64,000 bases of DNA from Hemiscyllium ocellatum (Eukaryota), in NCBI RefSeq assembly GCF_020745735.1, contig NC_083449.1, forward strand, positions 8,964,923 to 9,028,922, written 5' to 3'. The notes under the pieces were generated by a model. That model made no database searches and was not told where the DNA came from. It saw only the letters and a list, made by a program, of their open reading frames with translations. A program made the position numbers and the translations under genes. The number at the start of each line of letters is the position of its first letter. Positions within the stretch are counted from its first letter, which is position 1. Shown here piece by piece: positions 12,843-25,389 of this stretch.

Positions 12843-13120
12843 CACAGTGTAGAGACAGGCCTTCGGTCCAACAAGTCCACACCGACCCTCCGAAGAGCAA
12901 CCCCACCCAGACCATTCCCCTACATTTACTCCTGACTCATCCACCTAACACTGGGCAATTTAGCATAGCCAATTCACCTGACCTGCATACGTTTGGACTG
13001 TGGGCGGAAACCGGAGCATCAAGAGGAAACCCACGCAGACACGGGGAGAATGTGCAAACTCCACACAGACGTCCCTGGCGCTGAGGCAGCAGTGCTAACC
13101 ACTGAGCCACCGTGCCGCCC
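12843..13120 (-). mobile_element. HE1-type V-SINE (B-box region deleted)
   Basis: V-domain and tail present; absent from the paralogous H3 flank at ~52950. Confidence 0.88.
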
Positions 13121-13492
13121 CTGGATTCTCTTGTATTAACCCCAGATTGTAATTAGCCCAAAGAAAATGTGAAATTGCTGCCTGAACTGTCTGTAACCGT
13201 CCGCAGGGTCTCAGAATCAAAACTGAACAAAGTAACATCCCTGAACGGGTCAATGAAATACAAATTCTACAACATGTCACATTCGTGACTTGGTAGAGCT
13301 ACAAGTCGCGAAGTGAAATAACCAGGTAGAGGTCAATAAACCCTCCCTATATGATACCTTCCCCATTTACAAGCCTCCGCTCTCGTAAAACAAAGCATGT
13401 GTGTATTTGAGTCATTCAGATCAATGTTTGTGTTCGGTGCCGGGACGGGTAACATTGGAACCGGGCTCAGCTCTTCCTTGAGACATGTGGGT

Positions 13493-13508
13493 GGCTCAGA
13501 TAAGAGCC
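13493..13508 (-). terminator. Variant histone stem-loop of H1, followed by HDE
   Basis: GGCTCTTATCTGAGCC-ACCCA then AAGGAAGAGCTG. Confidence 0.9.
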
Positions 13509-13544
13509 TTGGGGTTCAGATGGGTATATGTTATACCGACTGGT

Positions 13545-14210
13545 TCATTTCTTTGCTGTTATCTTCGTCACTTTCGCTTTGAGCTTGGCCTTGCCTTTAG
13601 CCGGTTTGCTGAGGGGTTTGGGGGCTTTAGGACCCTTGGCCTTTTTCACCTTCTTCACGAGAGTCCGTTTCTTTGGCGCTGCTTTGCTCACCGCTTTCTT
13701 TGGCGGTGCCGTCTTCTTACCGCTCGCTTTCTTGGCTGTCGCTTTCTTGGCCTGGGATTTCTTGACTGTCATTTTCTTGGCCTTGGATTTCTTTGGTGTC
13801 ACCTTCTTGGCGGGTGATTTCTTCACGGCCGGTTTCTTGGCGGCCGCTGATGTTCCCGCCTTCTTTCCCGCTTTTGCCTTGACTGGATTCTTTGGGAGTT
13901 TGAAGGAGCCGGAGACGCCCTGGCCCTTGACCAGAACGAGGGAACCGTTCGCCAGGCACCTCCTGATACTCATCTTGATCTGTGCCTTTCGTTTTCCCAC
14001 ATCGATCCCGCTTTTCTCCAGCGCCTTCTTTACTGCGGACAGAGACGTCCCTTTGCGATCCTTGATATCCCCGACAACATTCAGAATCAGCTCTCCCAAC
14101 CCGGGACCGGGTGGTTTTTTCCTGGGAGCCGCCGCCTTCTTCTTGGGAGCCTTTTCTTTGGTGGGAGCGGAGGCTGGAGGAGCTGTTTCGGCGGCTGCAC
14201 TGTCGCTCAT
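13545..14210 (-). CDS. H1: Histone H1, divergent globular domain, 221 aa
   Basis: MSDSAAAETAPP N-terminus, winged helix ending KGQGVSGSFKL, Lys/Ala/Pro tail with SPAKK and TPKK; H1 box upstream; stem-loop downstream. Confidence 0.96.
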   Translation of the reverse strand: MSDSAAAETAPPASAPTKEKAPKKKAAAPRKKPPGPGLGELILNVVGDIKDRKGTSLSAVKKALEKSGIDVGKRKAQIKMSIRRCLANGSLVLVKGQGVSGSFKLPKNPVKAKAGKKAGTSAAAKKPAVKKSPAKKVTPKKSKAKKMTVKKSQAKKATAKKASGKKTAPPKKAVSKAAPKKRTLVKKVKKAKGPKAPKPLSKPAKGKAKLKAKVTKITAKK

Positions 14211-14299
14211 GTTGAGAACTCTGCGCTGAATCTCTCTCTGGGTCAGTCTGAACTGGGTCAGCAATGAAGCTGCTGGCGGCGGCACTGAGCAACTTCAAG

Positions 14300-14366
14300 G
14301 CAGCGAGCGGACGGCGCAGGGACAACCTGCCGTCAGCTCCCTGCTCCTGCTGCCCCTCTGTGTTTC
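14300..14366 (-). promoter_or_regulatory. H1 promoter: H1 (AC) box and H4-site/HINFP-like GTCCGC; no CCAAT seen
   Basis: AAACACA at 14365-14359; gccgtccgc at ~14315-14307. Confidence 0.6.
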
Positions 14367-15001
14367 TCTAACGGCCTAAACTCTCCGATGTCTCTGAAAT
14401 TCCGCATCTCCAGAGAGCCAGGCTCAATCGCTCCTGACCCAGACCAGGGAAGGTTTGCGACTGAAAAGTTTTCACTCGAAAAGATGGCTCCGCTGTCGAG
14501 TTAAACGCATTTTGCTGCCGCACAGATCGAGCTCTTTGAGCTGAGCGCTGACATTGTCGGTACTTTTAGACTGAAATCTTGAAATCAACGAATACATTGT
14601 CTTAAATTCTACCTTTAGGGTCTAGTGGGGGAGCCGGGGAATAAGTTGAATTGAAAATGTTTTTGATTTTCACAAGAGAAACCCAGAAATATCATAATAT
14701 TCGCGGACACACAAACACAGTTACGTTCGACTAACCGTCCGCCCTTTTCCGACAGCCTCTCTGACACAGTATTCACATTCACACAGTCACACGCCATAAA
14801 TATCACCAAATGTAAGTGTGGAAGGATAGAATGTCTCCTCCTTTCACCCTTTGCTGCGGTGTCCTGGGAGTTAGTTGAAGTTCTTCTCCTCAGTAACTGT
14901 TACACTCTCATCAGCTCCACTGTTTACACCCTCAAAGATGGCCAGTCGGTTTGTCAAGCTTAGAAGACAGAACAGCGTACACAGGGCCTTCATGTCCATG
15001 C

Positions 15002-17169
15002 AGTTCAGGCAGCATCTAGGGTGTAGCGAAATCGACGTTTCGGGCAAAAGCCCTTCATTAGGAATAAAGGCAGTGTGCCTGAAGCGTGGAGAGATAAGCT
15101 AGAGGAAGATGGGGAGAAAGTAGCAGAGAGTACAATGGGTGAGTGGGGGAGGGGATGAATGTGATAGGTCAGGGAGGAGAGGGTGGAGTGGATTGGTGGA
15201 AAAGGAGACAGGCAGGTAGGACAAGTCCAGACAAGTCATGGGGACAGTGCTGAGCTGGAAGTTTGGAACTAGGGTGAGGTGGGGGAAGGGGAAATGAGGA
15301 AACTGTTGAAGTCCACATTGTTGCCATAGGATTGAAGTGTTCTGAGGCGGAAGATGAGGCATTCTTCACCCTGGCATCTGGTGGTGAGGGAGCGGTGGAG
15401 AAGGAGGCTCAGGACCTCCATGTCCTCGACAGAGTGGGAGGGGGAGTTGAAATGTTGGGCCATGGGGCGGTGTGGTTGATTGGTGCGGGTGTTCCGGAGA
15501 AGTTCCCTAAAGCGCTCTGCTAGGAGGCGCCCAGTCTCCCCAATGTAGAGGAGACCACATCAGGAGCAACGGATACAATAAATGATATTAGTGGATGTGC
15601 AGGTAAAAGGTTGATGCATGTGGGAGGTTCCTTTAGGGAGGAGGTGTGGGCACAGGTTTTACAGTTCCTGTGGTGAAAGGGTAAAGTGGATGGGAGGGTG
15701 GGTTGTGGGGGGGCGTGGACCTGACCAGGTAGTTACGAAGGGAATGGTCTTTGCGGAAGGCGGAAAAGGGTGGGGAGGGAAATATATCCCTGGTGGTGGT
15801 GGGTTTTTTTTTGGAGGTGGCGGAAATGTTGGTGGATGATTTGGTTTATGTGAAGGTTTGGGAAGGGTGGACGGTGAGCACCAGGGGCATTCTGTCCTTG
15901 TTACAGTTGGAGGGGTGGGGTCTGAGGGTGGAGGTGCAGGATGTGGACGAGATGCATTGGAGGGCATCGTTAACCGCGTGGGAAGGGAAATTGCAGTCTC
16001 TAAAGAAGGAGGCCATCTGGTGTGTTCTGTGGTGGAACTGGTCCTCCTGGGAGCAGATACGGTGGAGGCGGAGGAATTGGGAATACAGGATGGCATTTTT
16101 GCAAGAGGCAGGATGGGAAGAGGTGTAATCCAGGTAGCTGTGGAAGTCCGTGGGTTTGTAAAAAATGTCAGTGTCAAGTCAGTCGTCATTAATGGAGATG
16201 GAAAGGGCCAGGAAGGGGAGGGAGGTGTCAGAGATGGTCCAAGTAAATTTAAGGTCAGAGTCAAATATGTTAGTGAAGTTGATGAATTGCTCAACGTCCT
16301 CGTGGGAGCACGAGCTGGCGCCAATGCAGTCATCAATGTAGCAGAGGAAGAGGTGAGGAGTGGTGCCAGTGTAATTACAGAAGATCAACTGTTCTACGTA
16401 GCAAACAAAGAGACAGGATAGCTGAGGCCTATACGCATTCCCATGGCTACCCCTTTGGTCTGGAGGAAGTGGGAGGATTCAAAGAAGAAATTGTTAAGGG
16501 TGACGACTAGTTCGGCCAAACGAATGAGAGTGGGGGATAGGACACTGTCGAGGTAGATAGAGAGGAGTTCAGTGGGGCAGGAGCATGCTGAGACAATGGG
16601 TTGGCCAGGGTGGTCAGGCTTTTGGATCTTGGGAAGGAGGTAGAACAGGGCAGTGCAGGGTTCCCGGACTATGAGGTTGGACTGTCCTATCCCCCCTAGT
16701 CCAGGAACTCCCCACATATATTCTAGACACCACCCATGCCCTCCACCTCCTCCAAGACTTCCGTTTCCCCGGCCCCCAACGCCTCATCATCACCATGGAT
16801 ATCCAATCTCTCTACACCTCCATCCGCCATGATCAGGGCCTCCAAGCCCTCCGTTTTTTCCTCTCCAGACGTCCCCAACAGTACCCTTCCACTGACGCTC
16901 TTATTCGTTTGGCCGTACTGGTCCTCCCTGACCTATCACCTTCACCCCCTCCCCCACTCACCCATTGTACTCTATGCTACTTTCTCTCCACCCCCACCCT
17001 CCTCTAGCTTATCTCTCCACGCTTCAGGATCACTCCCTTTATTCGTAATGAAGGGCTTTTGCCCAAAACGTCGATTTCGCTGCACCCTGGATGCTGCCAG
17101 AACTGTTGTGCTCTTCCAGCACCACTAATCCAGAATGTGGTTTCAAGCATCCAGTCATTGTTTTTACCA
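15002..17169. mobile_element. Penelope-like insertion with internal inversion (minus ~15002-16680, plus ~16680-17169) and 15-bp TSD
   Basis: RT motifs LCYIDDCIG, MDIQSLYTSI, QTKGVAMG; pLTR tails at both ends; TSD ccttcatgtccatgc at 14987-15001 and 17170-17184. Confidence 0.9.
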
Positions 17170-18004
17170 CCTTCATGTCCATGCTGAGTCTAGCAGATCC
17201 TGAATACTGTTTTGTCAAATGCTTCGCAATTGAATCTTTCATTCTGATTTTTTCCCCTGCAGCTGACTGGTCTATAGCACACAATTTTATGTCTGCCTCA
17301 CTTTTCCATTGGATTGCTTACACTAGCTAGTCCCCAATCTGTGTAAATTATTGCAGAGCTTATAGAATCTTGGAACATGACCATCACTGAACCCTGTGTT
17401 ACTCAGTCCACTACATTAAATACTCTGGGGCATAGATGATCAAGGACTGGTGTTTCCCAACCTTCAATCCTATCCAATGTCCCGACATCATTTCCCAAAT
17501 AATACTGATTTGGTTCAGTTCTTCCCTCTCATTGAACTCACCAATATCACTACTGTGTTAGTTGTGTGAACATTTGTGAACAGAGAACAATAGTATGTTA
17601 GCGAGTTTTGAGACATTTTCATTCCCCATTTTGAACTTCCCTCTTTAATGTTTTAAGTGGCATATAGTCCTCTTTGAACCTATTAATGTTCATTTCTCTT
17701 TTTACACATTTATTATTGTTTTAGCCATTTTTTGAATAGTTTCTACAACATTACTCTTTTCTTCATTTGTTCCTTGTTAGCTAAATCTCTTTTCGCAGTC
17801 ATTTGCTGAATTTGGATCAGTTTGCAGCTTTCCTGTCCTGCGATATTTCTTCCCAAATTGTAGGCCTTTTCTTTGTACAAAAAATTATCATAAATAGTTG
17901 TTTCAAGTTTCCCAACATTTTTATTTATAGGAGAGAGACCAGAATTGCACATAATATTCCAAAAGTGGCATTACCAATGTTCTGTACACCCATAACATGT
18001 TCTT

Positions 18005-18865
18005 TGATGTGGTTCTGTTCGGTGAGCTGGGAATTTGTGTTGCAAACATTTCGTCCCCTGTCTAGGTGACATCCTCAGTACTTGGGAGCCTCCTGTGAAG
18101 CGCTTCTGTGATGTTTCCTCCGGCATTTATAGTGGTTTGTCTCTGCTGCTTCCGGTTGTCAGTTCCAGCTGTCAGCTGCAGTGGCCGGTATATTGGATCC
18201 AGGTCGATGTGCTTGTTGACAGAATCTGTGGATGAGTGCCATGCCTCTAGGAATTCCCTGGCTGTTCTCTGTTTGGCTTGCCCTGTAATAGTAGTGTTGT
18301 CCCAGTCGAATTCATGTTGCTTGTCATCTGTGTGTGTGGCTATAAAGGATAGCTGGTCGTGTCGTTTCGTGGCTAGTTGGTGTTCATGGATGCGGATCGT
18401 TAGCTGTCTTCCTGTTTGTTCTATGTAGTGTTTTGTGCAGTCCTTGCATGGGATTTTGTACACTACATTGGTTTTGTTCATGCTGGGTATCGGGTCCTTT
18501 GTTCTGGTGAGTTGTCGTCTGAGAGTGGCTGTTGGTTTGTGTGCTGTTATGAGCCCTAGTGGTCACAGTAGTCTGGCTGTCAGTTCGGAAATGCTCCTGA
18601 TGTATGGTAGTGTGGCTAGTCCTTTGGGTTGTGGCATGTCCTCGTTCCATTGTCTTTCCCTTAGGCATCTGTTGATGAAATTGCGTGGGTATCCATTTTT
18701 GGCAAATACATTGTATAGGTGTTCTTCTCTTTTTGCAGTTCTGGTGTGCTGCAGTGTGTTGTGGCCCTTTTGAATAGTGTATACAGGAAAGCCACACATA
18801 CAGACCAAGTCCTGAACTATGAAAACAAACACCCTAACACACACAAAAGAAGTTGCATCAAGACA
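18005..18865 (-). mobile_element. Penelope/Poseidon-type 3' fragment with GIY-YIG endonuclease
   Basis: NVVYKIPCKDCTKHYIEQTGRQLTIRIHEHQ...REFLEAWHS; KNGYPRNFI; hammerhead-like core CTGAGGA..GAAA at 18078-18045. Confidence 0.92.
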
Positions 18866-20200
18866 CTATCCATGCTATAAGTTCATCACTTTTATTCCTG
18901 ATACTCCTTGCATTAAAGCAAACGCACTTTAACTGATCCCTTGGTTCCTTCCCAGGAAAATCCTTCCCACTAGCTGGTCCACCTCTTGCTATTGCCTCAT
19001 CTGCATCAACTCTCACCTCCGGTATACAGCTCAGATTCCCATTGCTCCCCCTGCCATACTAGTTTAAACCCTCTCGAACTACTCGATCAAACCTTCCACC
19101 CAGGACATTGGTCCCCTTACAGTTCAGATGCAACCCGTCCTTCTTGTACAGGTCCCACCTTCCCTAGATGGCATTCTAATTATCTATATATCTGAAGCCC
19201 TCCCTCCTACACCAGCTGCACAGCCATATGTTAAGCTGCGATCGCTCCCTGTTCCTTGACTCGCTATCTCGTGGCACCGGTAGTAAACTAGAGAACACTA
19301 CTCTGTTCGTCCTGCTTTACAGCTTCCATCCTAACTCCCTGAAATCAATTTTAAATCCTAGATCCTTTTCCTGGCTATATCATTAGTGCCAATATGTAAC
19401 ACGATTTCTGGCTGGTCGCCCTCCCCTTTTAGAACCTTATACACCTGATCGGAGACGTCCCGGACCCTGGCATCAGGGAGGCAACATACCTTCCGGGAAT
19501 CCCGATCCTGACCACAAAATCTCCTGTTGGTTCCCCTGACTATCGAGTCCCCTACCACGAGTACTTGTCTATTCTGCCCCTTCCCTTCTTTAATGCAGTG
19601 TCAGGCTCAGTGCCAGAGAACTGACTACTATAGCTTTCCTCTCGTAGGTCATTCCCCCCCACAGTATCCAAAACGGTATACTTATTGCTGAGGGGAATGT
19701 CCACAGGGGATCTCTACACTGTCTGTCTGCCCCCTTTCCTCCTCCTAACTGTAACCCATCTATCCTTGTCCTGAGCCTTTGGAGTGACCAACTACCGGTA
19801 ACTCCTCTCAATTACCCCCTCAGCCTCCCGAATGATCCATAGTTCATCCAGCTCCAGCTCCAATTCCCTAACACGGTTTTCAAGGAGCTGGAGTTGTGTG
19901 CACTTCCAGCAGATGTAGCCAACGGAGACATGTGCCATGTCTCCCACCTGCCACATTATGCATGAGGAGCAAGCAACTGCCCTAGCATCCATACCCCACT
20001 TATCTGAAACCCACTCAGTACTAAAGTAGAAAGCTTAGTTCAAGTTGCTATAAAATTGATAACAAACTTATATTCATTAGAGGAAATTTAGAATGAACTT
20101 TGCCTTATTAACTAGGTTAGAGGAGGAGGGCGGGTGGGAGACACTACACTTGTAGAGTCTTGGGTTTGGCCACCTTGCTGATAGATATGGTCACTGCTTT
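18866..20200 (-). mobile_element. CR1 LINE 5' part (ORF1 zinc finger/coiled coil, esterase domain, start of endonuclease)
   Basis: CSSC..C.KC.QLQLLENRVRELE; VGDSIVRG...HIGTNDI; LKCVCFNARSIRNK. Confidence 0.9.
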
Positions 20201-20219
20201 CCTTCAAATAACGTCTATT

Positions 20220-21790
20220 TGAATTCTCCTTAACACTGTTTGCCGAAGCTATGTTATGTCCCTTTTTTGCACTCCTCATTTCCTTCTTAAGTATAAATGC
20301 ATTTATACTCTTCAAAGGATTCACTCAACCTGTCCTGTATTTAACTAACATTTGCTTCCATCTTATTTGGACCAAAACCTCAACTTCTTTTCTCATGCAG
20401 CACTTCCTACACCAACCAGTCATGCCTTTCACCCCAACAGGAACATACTGTCTCTGTCTCTTTTCAGCCATCACTTTGCCTGTGAACATCTGCCCTCAGT
20501 CAACTTTTGAAAGTTTTTGCACAATACTCTCAAAATTGATCTTCCTCCAAATTAGAAATTTAACTTTTAGATCTGGTCTATCCTTTTCCATCAGAGTTTT
20601 AAAACTAATAAAATTATGGTCGTTGGCCCCAAAGTGCTCCCCCACTGACACATCATTATATCACAAGAGTAGGTCAAGATTTGCACCTTGTCTAGAAAAT
20701 ACATTCACGTACTGAATCAGAAACTTTTCTTGTACATATTTAAGAAATTCCTTTCTGTCTAAGCCATGAACAACATGGCAGCCATAATCTGTGTTTGGAA
20801 TGTGGAAATCCCTCACCATAACCACACCAGTATTCCTGCAGATCTAAGATCTCCTGACAAATTTGTTTCTCAATTTCCTGCTGACTGTTGGGGTGTCTAC
20901 AGTCCAATCCCAATAAAGTGATTTCTCATTTCCATACAAATAATTTCCATGGATATAAGCCCAGGAATATCCTCCCCGGTAAAGGTGTGATCTTATCTCT
21001 TATCAAACATGTCACTCCCCATTTTCTCTTGCTGATCCCTCTCCCCATCCTTCCTATAACTTTTGATTCCTGGAACATTAAGCTGTCAGTTGTGTCATCC
21101 CCAAACCATGTCTTTGTAATTGCTATGATATCCCAATTCCAATCCCACTTTCCTAACCATGTCCAGAGTTCATCCTCTTTCCCTGTTAGGCCTCTTGCAT
21201 TGAAATAAATGCAGTTTTAGTTATCAATCCAACCACATTCTCTGCTATGTTCCTGTCTGCCCTGGGTGTTTGACTTACCGACTCACCAGCCTCAGATTGA
21301 TACCTTTGTTCACTATCTCCCCGGATCCCACTGACCTCACCCCATGCCCACACTTTACTAGTTTAACCCGTCCCCAGTAGCTCAAGGAAATGTCCCTGCC
21401 AATATAGTAGATCTCTTCCAATTCAGGTGTATTCCATCCTTTTTCTATAAGTCACGTTTTCCCCAGAAGAGAACACCTCTCCTCTGCACCAGCTCCTGAG
21501 TTGGGCATTCCTCTGCACTATCATCCTATTCCTACCCTCAGTCGCTCGTAGCAGCGGGAGTAATCTAGATATTATTACCGGAGAGGACCTCCTTTCTAAA
21601 TTCTTGCCTCCCTTCCTTATTCTTCCTTCGGAATCTCATCCCTTTCCCTTCCTGTGTAGTTAGTTCCAATGTGTACGTCCCTTTGTGAATATCCTGCACT
21701 CTCTCCGAGATATCCTTGATCCTGACACCAGGGAGACAACACACTATTCTGATTTCACGCTGTCGGCCGGAGAGACGTCTGCCTGTGCCG
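20220..21790 (-). mobile_element. CR1 LINE internal fragment (esterase end and endonuclease)
   Basis: IVCCLPGVRIKDISERVQDI; decayed FNAR and GEHFG.SDH motifs. Confidence 0.8.
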
Positions 21791-21879
21791 CTGACATAGA
21801 GATTCGAGTTTTGTAACTTGTAAAAGGAAATCGCAACTACTTCCATCGTAAATAATTAAGGCAGCTGATGTCAGGGAAC

Positions 21880-22120
21880 ACCGCCTTGATGTCCGACAAG
21901 TTCCCCTGCAGGGCACTCACCATGCTGACTTGGAAATAAAAACCACTTTCTTTCACTGTTATTGGATCAAGATCCTGGAACTCCCTATTCATGGCATTGT
22001 GGGCAGCACATGGACAACAGCTGTTCCAGAAGGTGGCTCAATACCGCCTTTTCAAAGGGATGGAGATAGAATGCTAGGCTCAGCCAGCGGCATCCACGTT
22101 CCTTGAGTGAATAAACAAAA
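21880..22120 (+). mobile_element. Old L2/CR1-type LINE 3' end
   Basis: tcctggaactccct...aaggtggctca...gccagcggcatccacgttccttgagtgaataaa; tail resembles that of the 5850 SINE. Confidence 0.55.
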
Positions 22121-22706
22121 ACAGCTGGGTCTCTCGTTGTGGCATACAATGCATCACAAGGTTTCTGTCTGCAGCATACCTGACACTAAAATCTGTCATC
22201 CACTACAAACTAAATCGAGTCCCAGAGGTGTTATTGCACACCAGGTCTGACTTTTGCACGGGCCTCCTGACCCAGAAAGAAGCACTGACACTGTGATTCA
22301 AGATTCTCTCCTTCAGTTATTTTCTGCCTTCGTAAGAATGGTCCACTTATTCCATCTCTCTGTATGGTACTTTGGGCAAGGAGTTAATATTTGTGGATGA
22401 GAGTCATCAGGATTAAATAACACAGTTAACATAAGATCAGACGTGATATTATCGAAAGGGAGATTACAGTGACTGAGCCGAGTAGCCGCCAGTTTCCCCG
22501 GCCCCTGGTCAGATTGTGAGAGAGCCGGAGGGAGATGTTATTAACATGACCTGGGAATGAGCTCCATTGGAGCTTCATAAAGGGACACGGTCTCAGCTTG
22601 AAACCTTCTCTGCCCCCCAGCCCCAGTTCCTTTGGTCAAACTGGGAGAAAAGGGAATTGGGAAAATGACCAACTGATGTTTTTTTCTGGGAATTTTTGGG
22701 AAAACA

Positions 22707-22959
22707 TCGCATGCGCAATGCCTCATCGCACTCCCCTAATGCTTATTATTCCTGAGTAGAGGAGCGCATGCGTGAGGCCCTCCCCCCGCGCTGCCATTGA
22801 GGAGCATTTACTCAGTGAGTACAAGAGGTTTGTTTGAAACAGACCGCAATGGAGAGATCAGCGCCCAGGGAAGCGAGGGAACAGCAGGCTCCTTCCAGCA
22901 GCACATCGGGATGGGAGCCTGGGACACAGAGGGGGCTCCGAGACCGGGATTGATTCGGG
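22707..22959 (+). promoter_or_regulatory. NRF1/YY1-type promoter and putative first exon, right copy
   Basis: TCGCATGCGCA 22707-22717, GCGCATGCGT 22764-22773, gctgccatt, CpG-rich; donor GTGAGT 22960-22965; ATGs at 22849 and 22911 in good Kozak context. Confidence 0.6.
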
Positions 22960-23586
22960 GTGAGTTCAGGGAGAACCGGGGGCTGTTTGTAAGAGGCCGA
23001 GCGGAGCAGGAACTGGTCCCGGGACTTGGAGTGAGCGGGCTGGGGGGAAGAGAGAGGCCTTTCTCGGGCTGTGTGTGGGCCTGCTGAGGGAGGCAGAGCG
23101 GGAAGAAGCTGCTGTGGGACATTTTTAATTCCCTAAATACGGATGGAAATTCATTGTTTGGCTTCTGTTTCCCGCTGTTTGTTGCGAATAGACATTGAAA
23201 TAAAGGACAGTAGAAACAAATGTGATAATCCTGTGTAGGGTAAATATAGCAGGCACCGAGTAAACGTCTCCAAGTATGTGAAATGGTGCCCAGTATTTGT
23301 TTTTCAACAGTTAATGTATTGGGAGCTGGACATTGAACATCCCATTTGTGGAGATGTCCATATGTTGGTGAGTTTATTTTATCTAAGTGGAATGTTTTAG
23401 AATTTGGGAAACAGAAAAAAGACTGAAAGGAGCTCAGGGCTCCAGTGGAACCAGGATCTGTACTGTTCACCTCACCCTGTTCAAAACAAAGAATTATAAT
23501 GATCATGACCTGAATATTGATAATTTAATGCCTTCCTACTCAGTTGCTTGTGATGTACAAGAGGTCTCTCTTTTGTCTTTCTCCAG

Positions 23587-23641
23587 GCAAATGTTTGATG
23601 GACCAATCCAAGGGTGACCAGCTGCTTCTCACACCCAGCAG
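23587..23641 (+). other. Putative exon 2 (55 nt; 27-nt deletion relative to the left copy)
   Basis: ctctcttttgtctttctccag acceptor, CAG|GTATGT donor. Confidence 0.55.
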
Positions 23642-25389
23642 GTATGTTACCACTGTCAGAGACGAGAATGTCCTTTCCACTGTCTGAGTGGATTGAGTCA
23701 CACACCCATTGAGCTCAATTTCCAGAAGTACACATTCAATCCAAGAGTTAAACACAACTGATGATATATAAATCTATATTATTTTGCCCTGTTCTCAGTG
23801 CTTACCACCTCAGTGAAAGTAAATTCCATCATTCAAAGCCAATTATCATTCATAAGATTAGAAACAGGTTAGACTGTATGCTTGTAATAAATATATATTT
23901 ATGAGCTGCATTAAATTCATATGTACATTTGACATTTTTAAAATTACAATCAATTTGAACAAACCGAAGATATTGAGTGCAGATATAGAAGCAATGTCAG
24001 ACATTTGAGTAATTGAGCGGGACAAAATTATTCTTTTGATAAACAGTTGTCCTCTACAAAGACAATAATCAAACGATGTAAATTTCAAATGAACCTGTTG
24101 ATCAAGCCTTATCTACAGAGGATGTTTCTAGGGAGGATGCTTAATGCTCATTCACATACGTACATACACATCTGTGTCTGTCTCTGTCTCTCTCATTCTC
24201 ACTCTCAGCCTAGTGTTGATGAAAACACACTTCATGCACGCTCCCATTCTGGTTGAGGGCCTCAGTAATACATTAAAGTATGGAAATGCTTCTGTATGAA
24301 AAGACCTTAAAACCTTGATAAGACCTTAAAACCACCTCATAAAGTGTATCAGAATTGGAATCACACAGAGACATACAGACAATGTTGGTGTGATCTCAAC
24401 CAGTACCACTCTTTTTAAAGTGATACAGATTGGCAGCACAACAGAAACCTCACTCTCACTCAGCCAGTTAATGGTAAAAGGGAGAAAAAATGCAATTTAG
24501 GTCCACAACTACTTCCAGATATGGACAGTCATAAATTGACTGACCACATAATTAATCGCTTCAGAAGATGTTAGTATTAGATGTTACATTATTGCAGTGC
24601 CCAGCAGCAACTGCTGAAGACTACTGCACATACAAAATGTAAAAAGAAAACTGAGATTGAATACTATAAAATTCAGATTCTTGGCAAAGATAAGTATTGA
24701 ACCAACATTAATCCCTCAATCACACAGGTTTATCAAATATTGAACGGGTTTATCCTACACCCTGCTGAAAAAATACAACTGAACATTCATATACTCGACT
24801 TGTCACTGTTGCACCAAACAGCAAAACTGGCACTCTAGGTATTCAAAAGCCAATAACTGCAGAACTAATCTCAAATTGGCATTTACACTGAGATACTGAC
24901 AGTGAGTGAATGAAGATTAGAATCCCAACAATTAGTGGAAACTAAAAAGTATGAAGAACAGATAAAGAATAGAATGACTAAGTGCAGACACAACAGGCTG
25001 TATGGTTGTACCAATTCTGTGACTGAGTCATAAAACACAACATGCATAAGAGATTAAGGCCCAATCTCAACCCCGAAGCACTATTATCAGATTGAATCAC
25101 AGTCACAGAATTTTATTTTCGAATTCATTCATGGGATGGGGGCATCTCTGACTCGGCCAGCATTTATTGCCCATCTCTAACTACCCCTGCAGCCACATTG
25201 ATGTGGGTCTGTTGTCACATGCAGGCCAGACAAGGGAAGGATGGCAGTTTCCTTCATTCAAGGACATTACTGAACCAGATGGGTTTTTCTGGCAATCAAC
25301 AATAGATTCATGGACATCATTAGACTCTTAGAATATCATTGGCTGCCAGAGAATTGAGCAACTTTGATATGTAAGAGTTGAAAGTGACT

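Noticed and set aside
14211-14285. N-terminal extensions in the ORF track for H1 (also H3 12318, H2B 46357, H2A 48001)
   Set aside because: They start at non-ATG codons or near or upstream of the expected TSS; the canonical ATGs fit known N-termini
22808-23506. 232-aa minus-strand ORF partly shared with 9223-9360 and 10696-10870
   Set aside because: Antisense to the promoter and donor polarity; no recognisable domain; sharing is explained by the duplication
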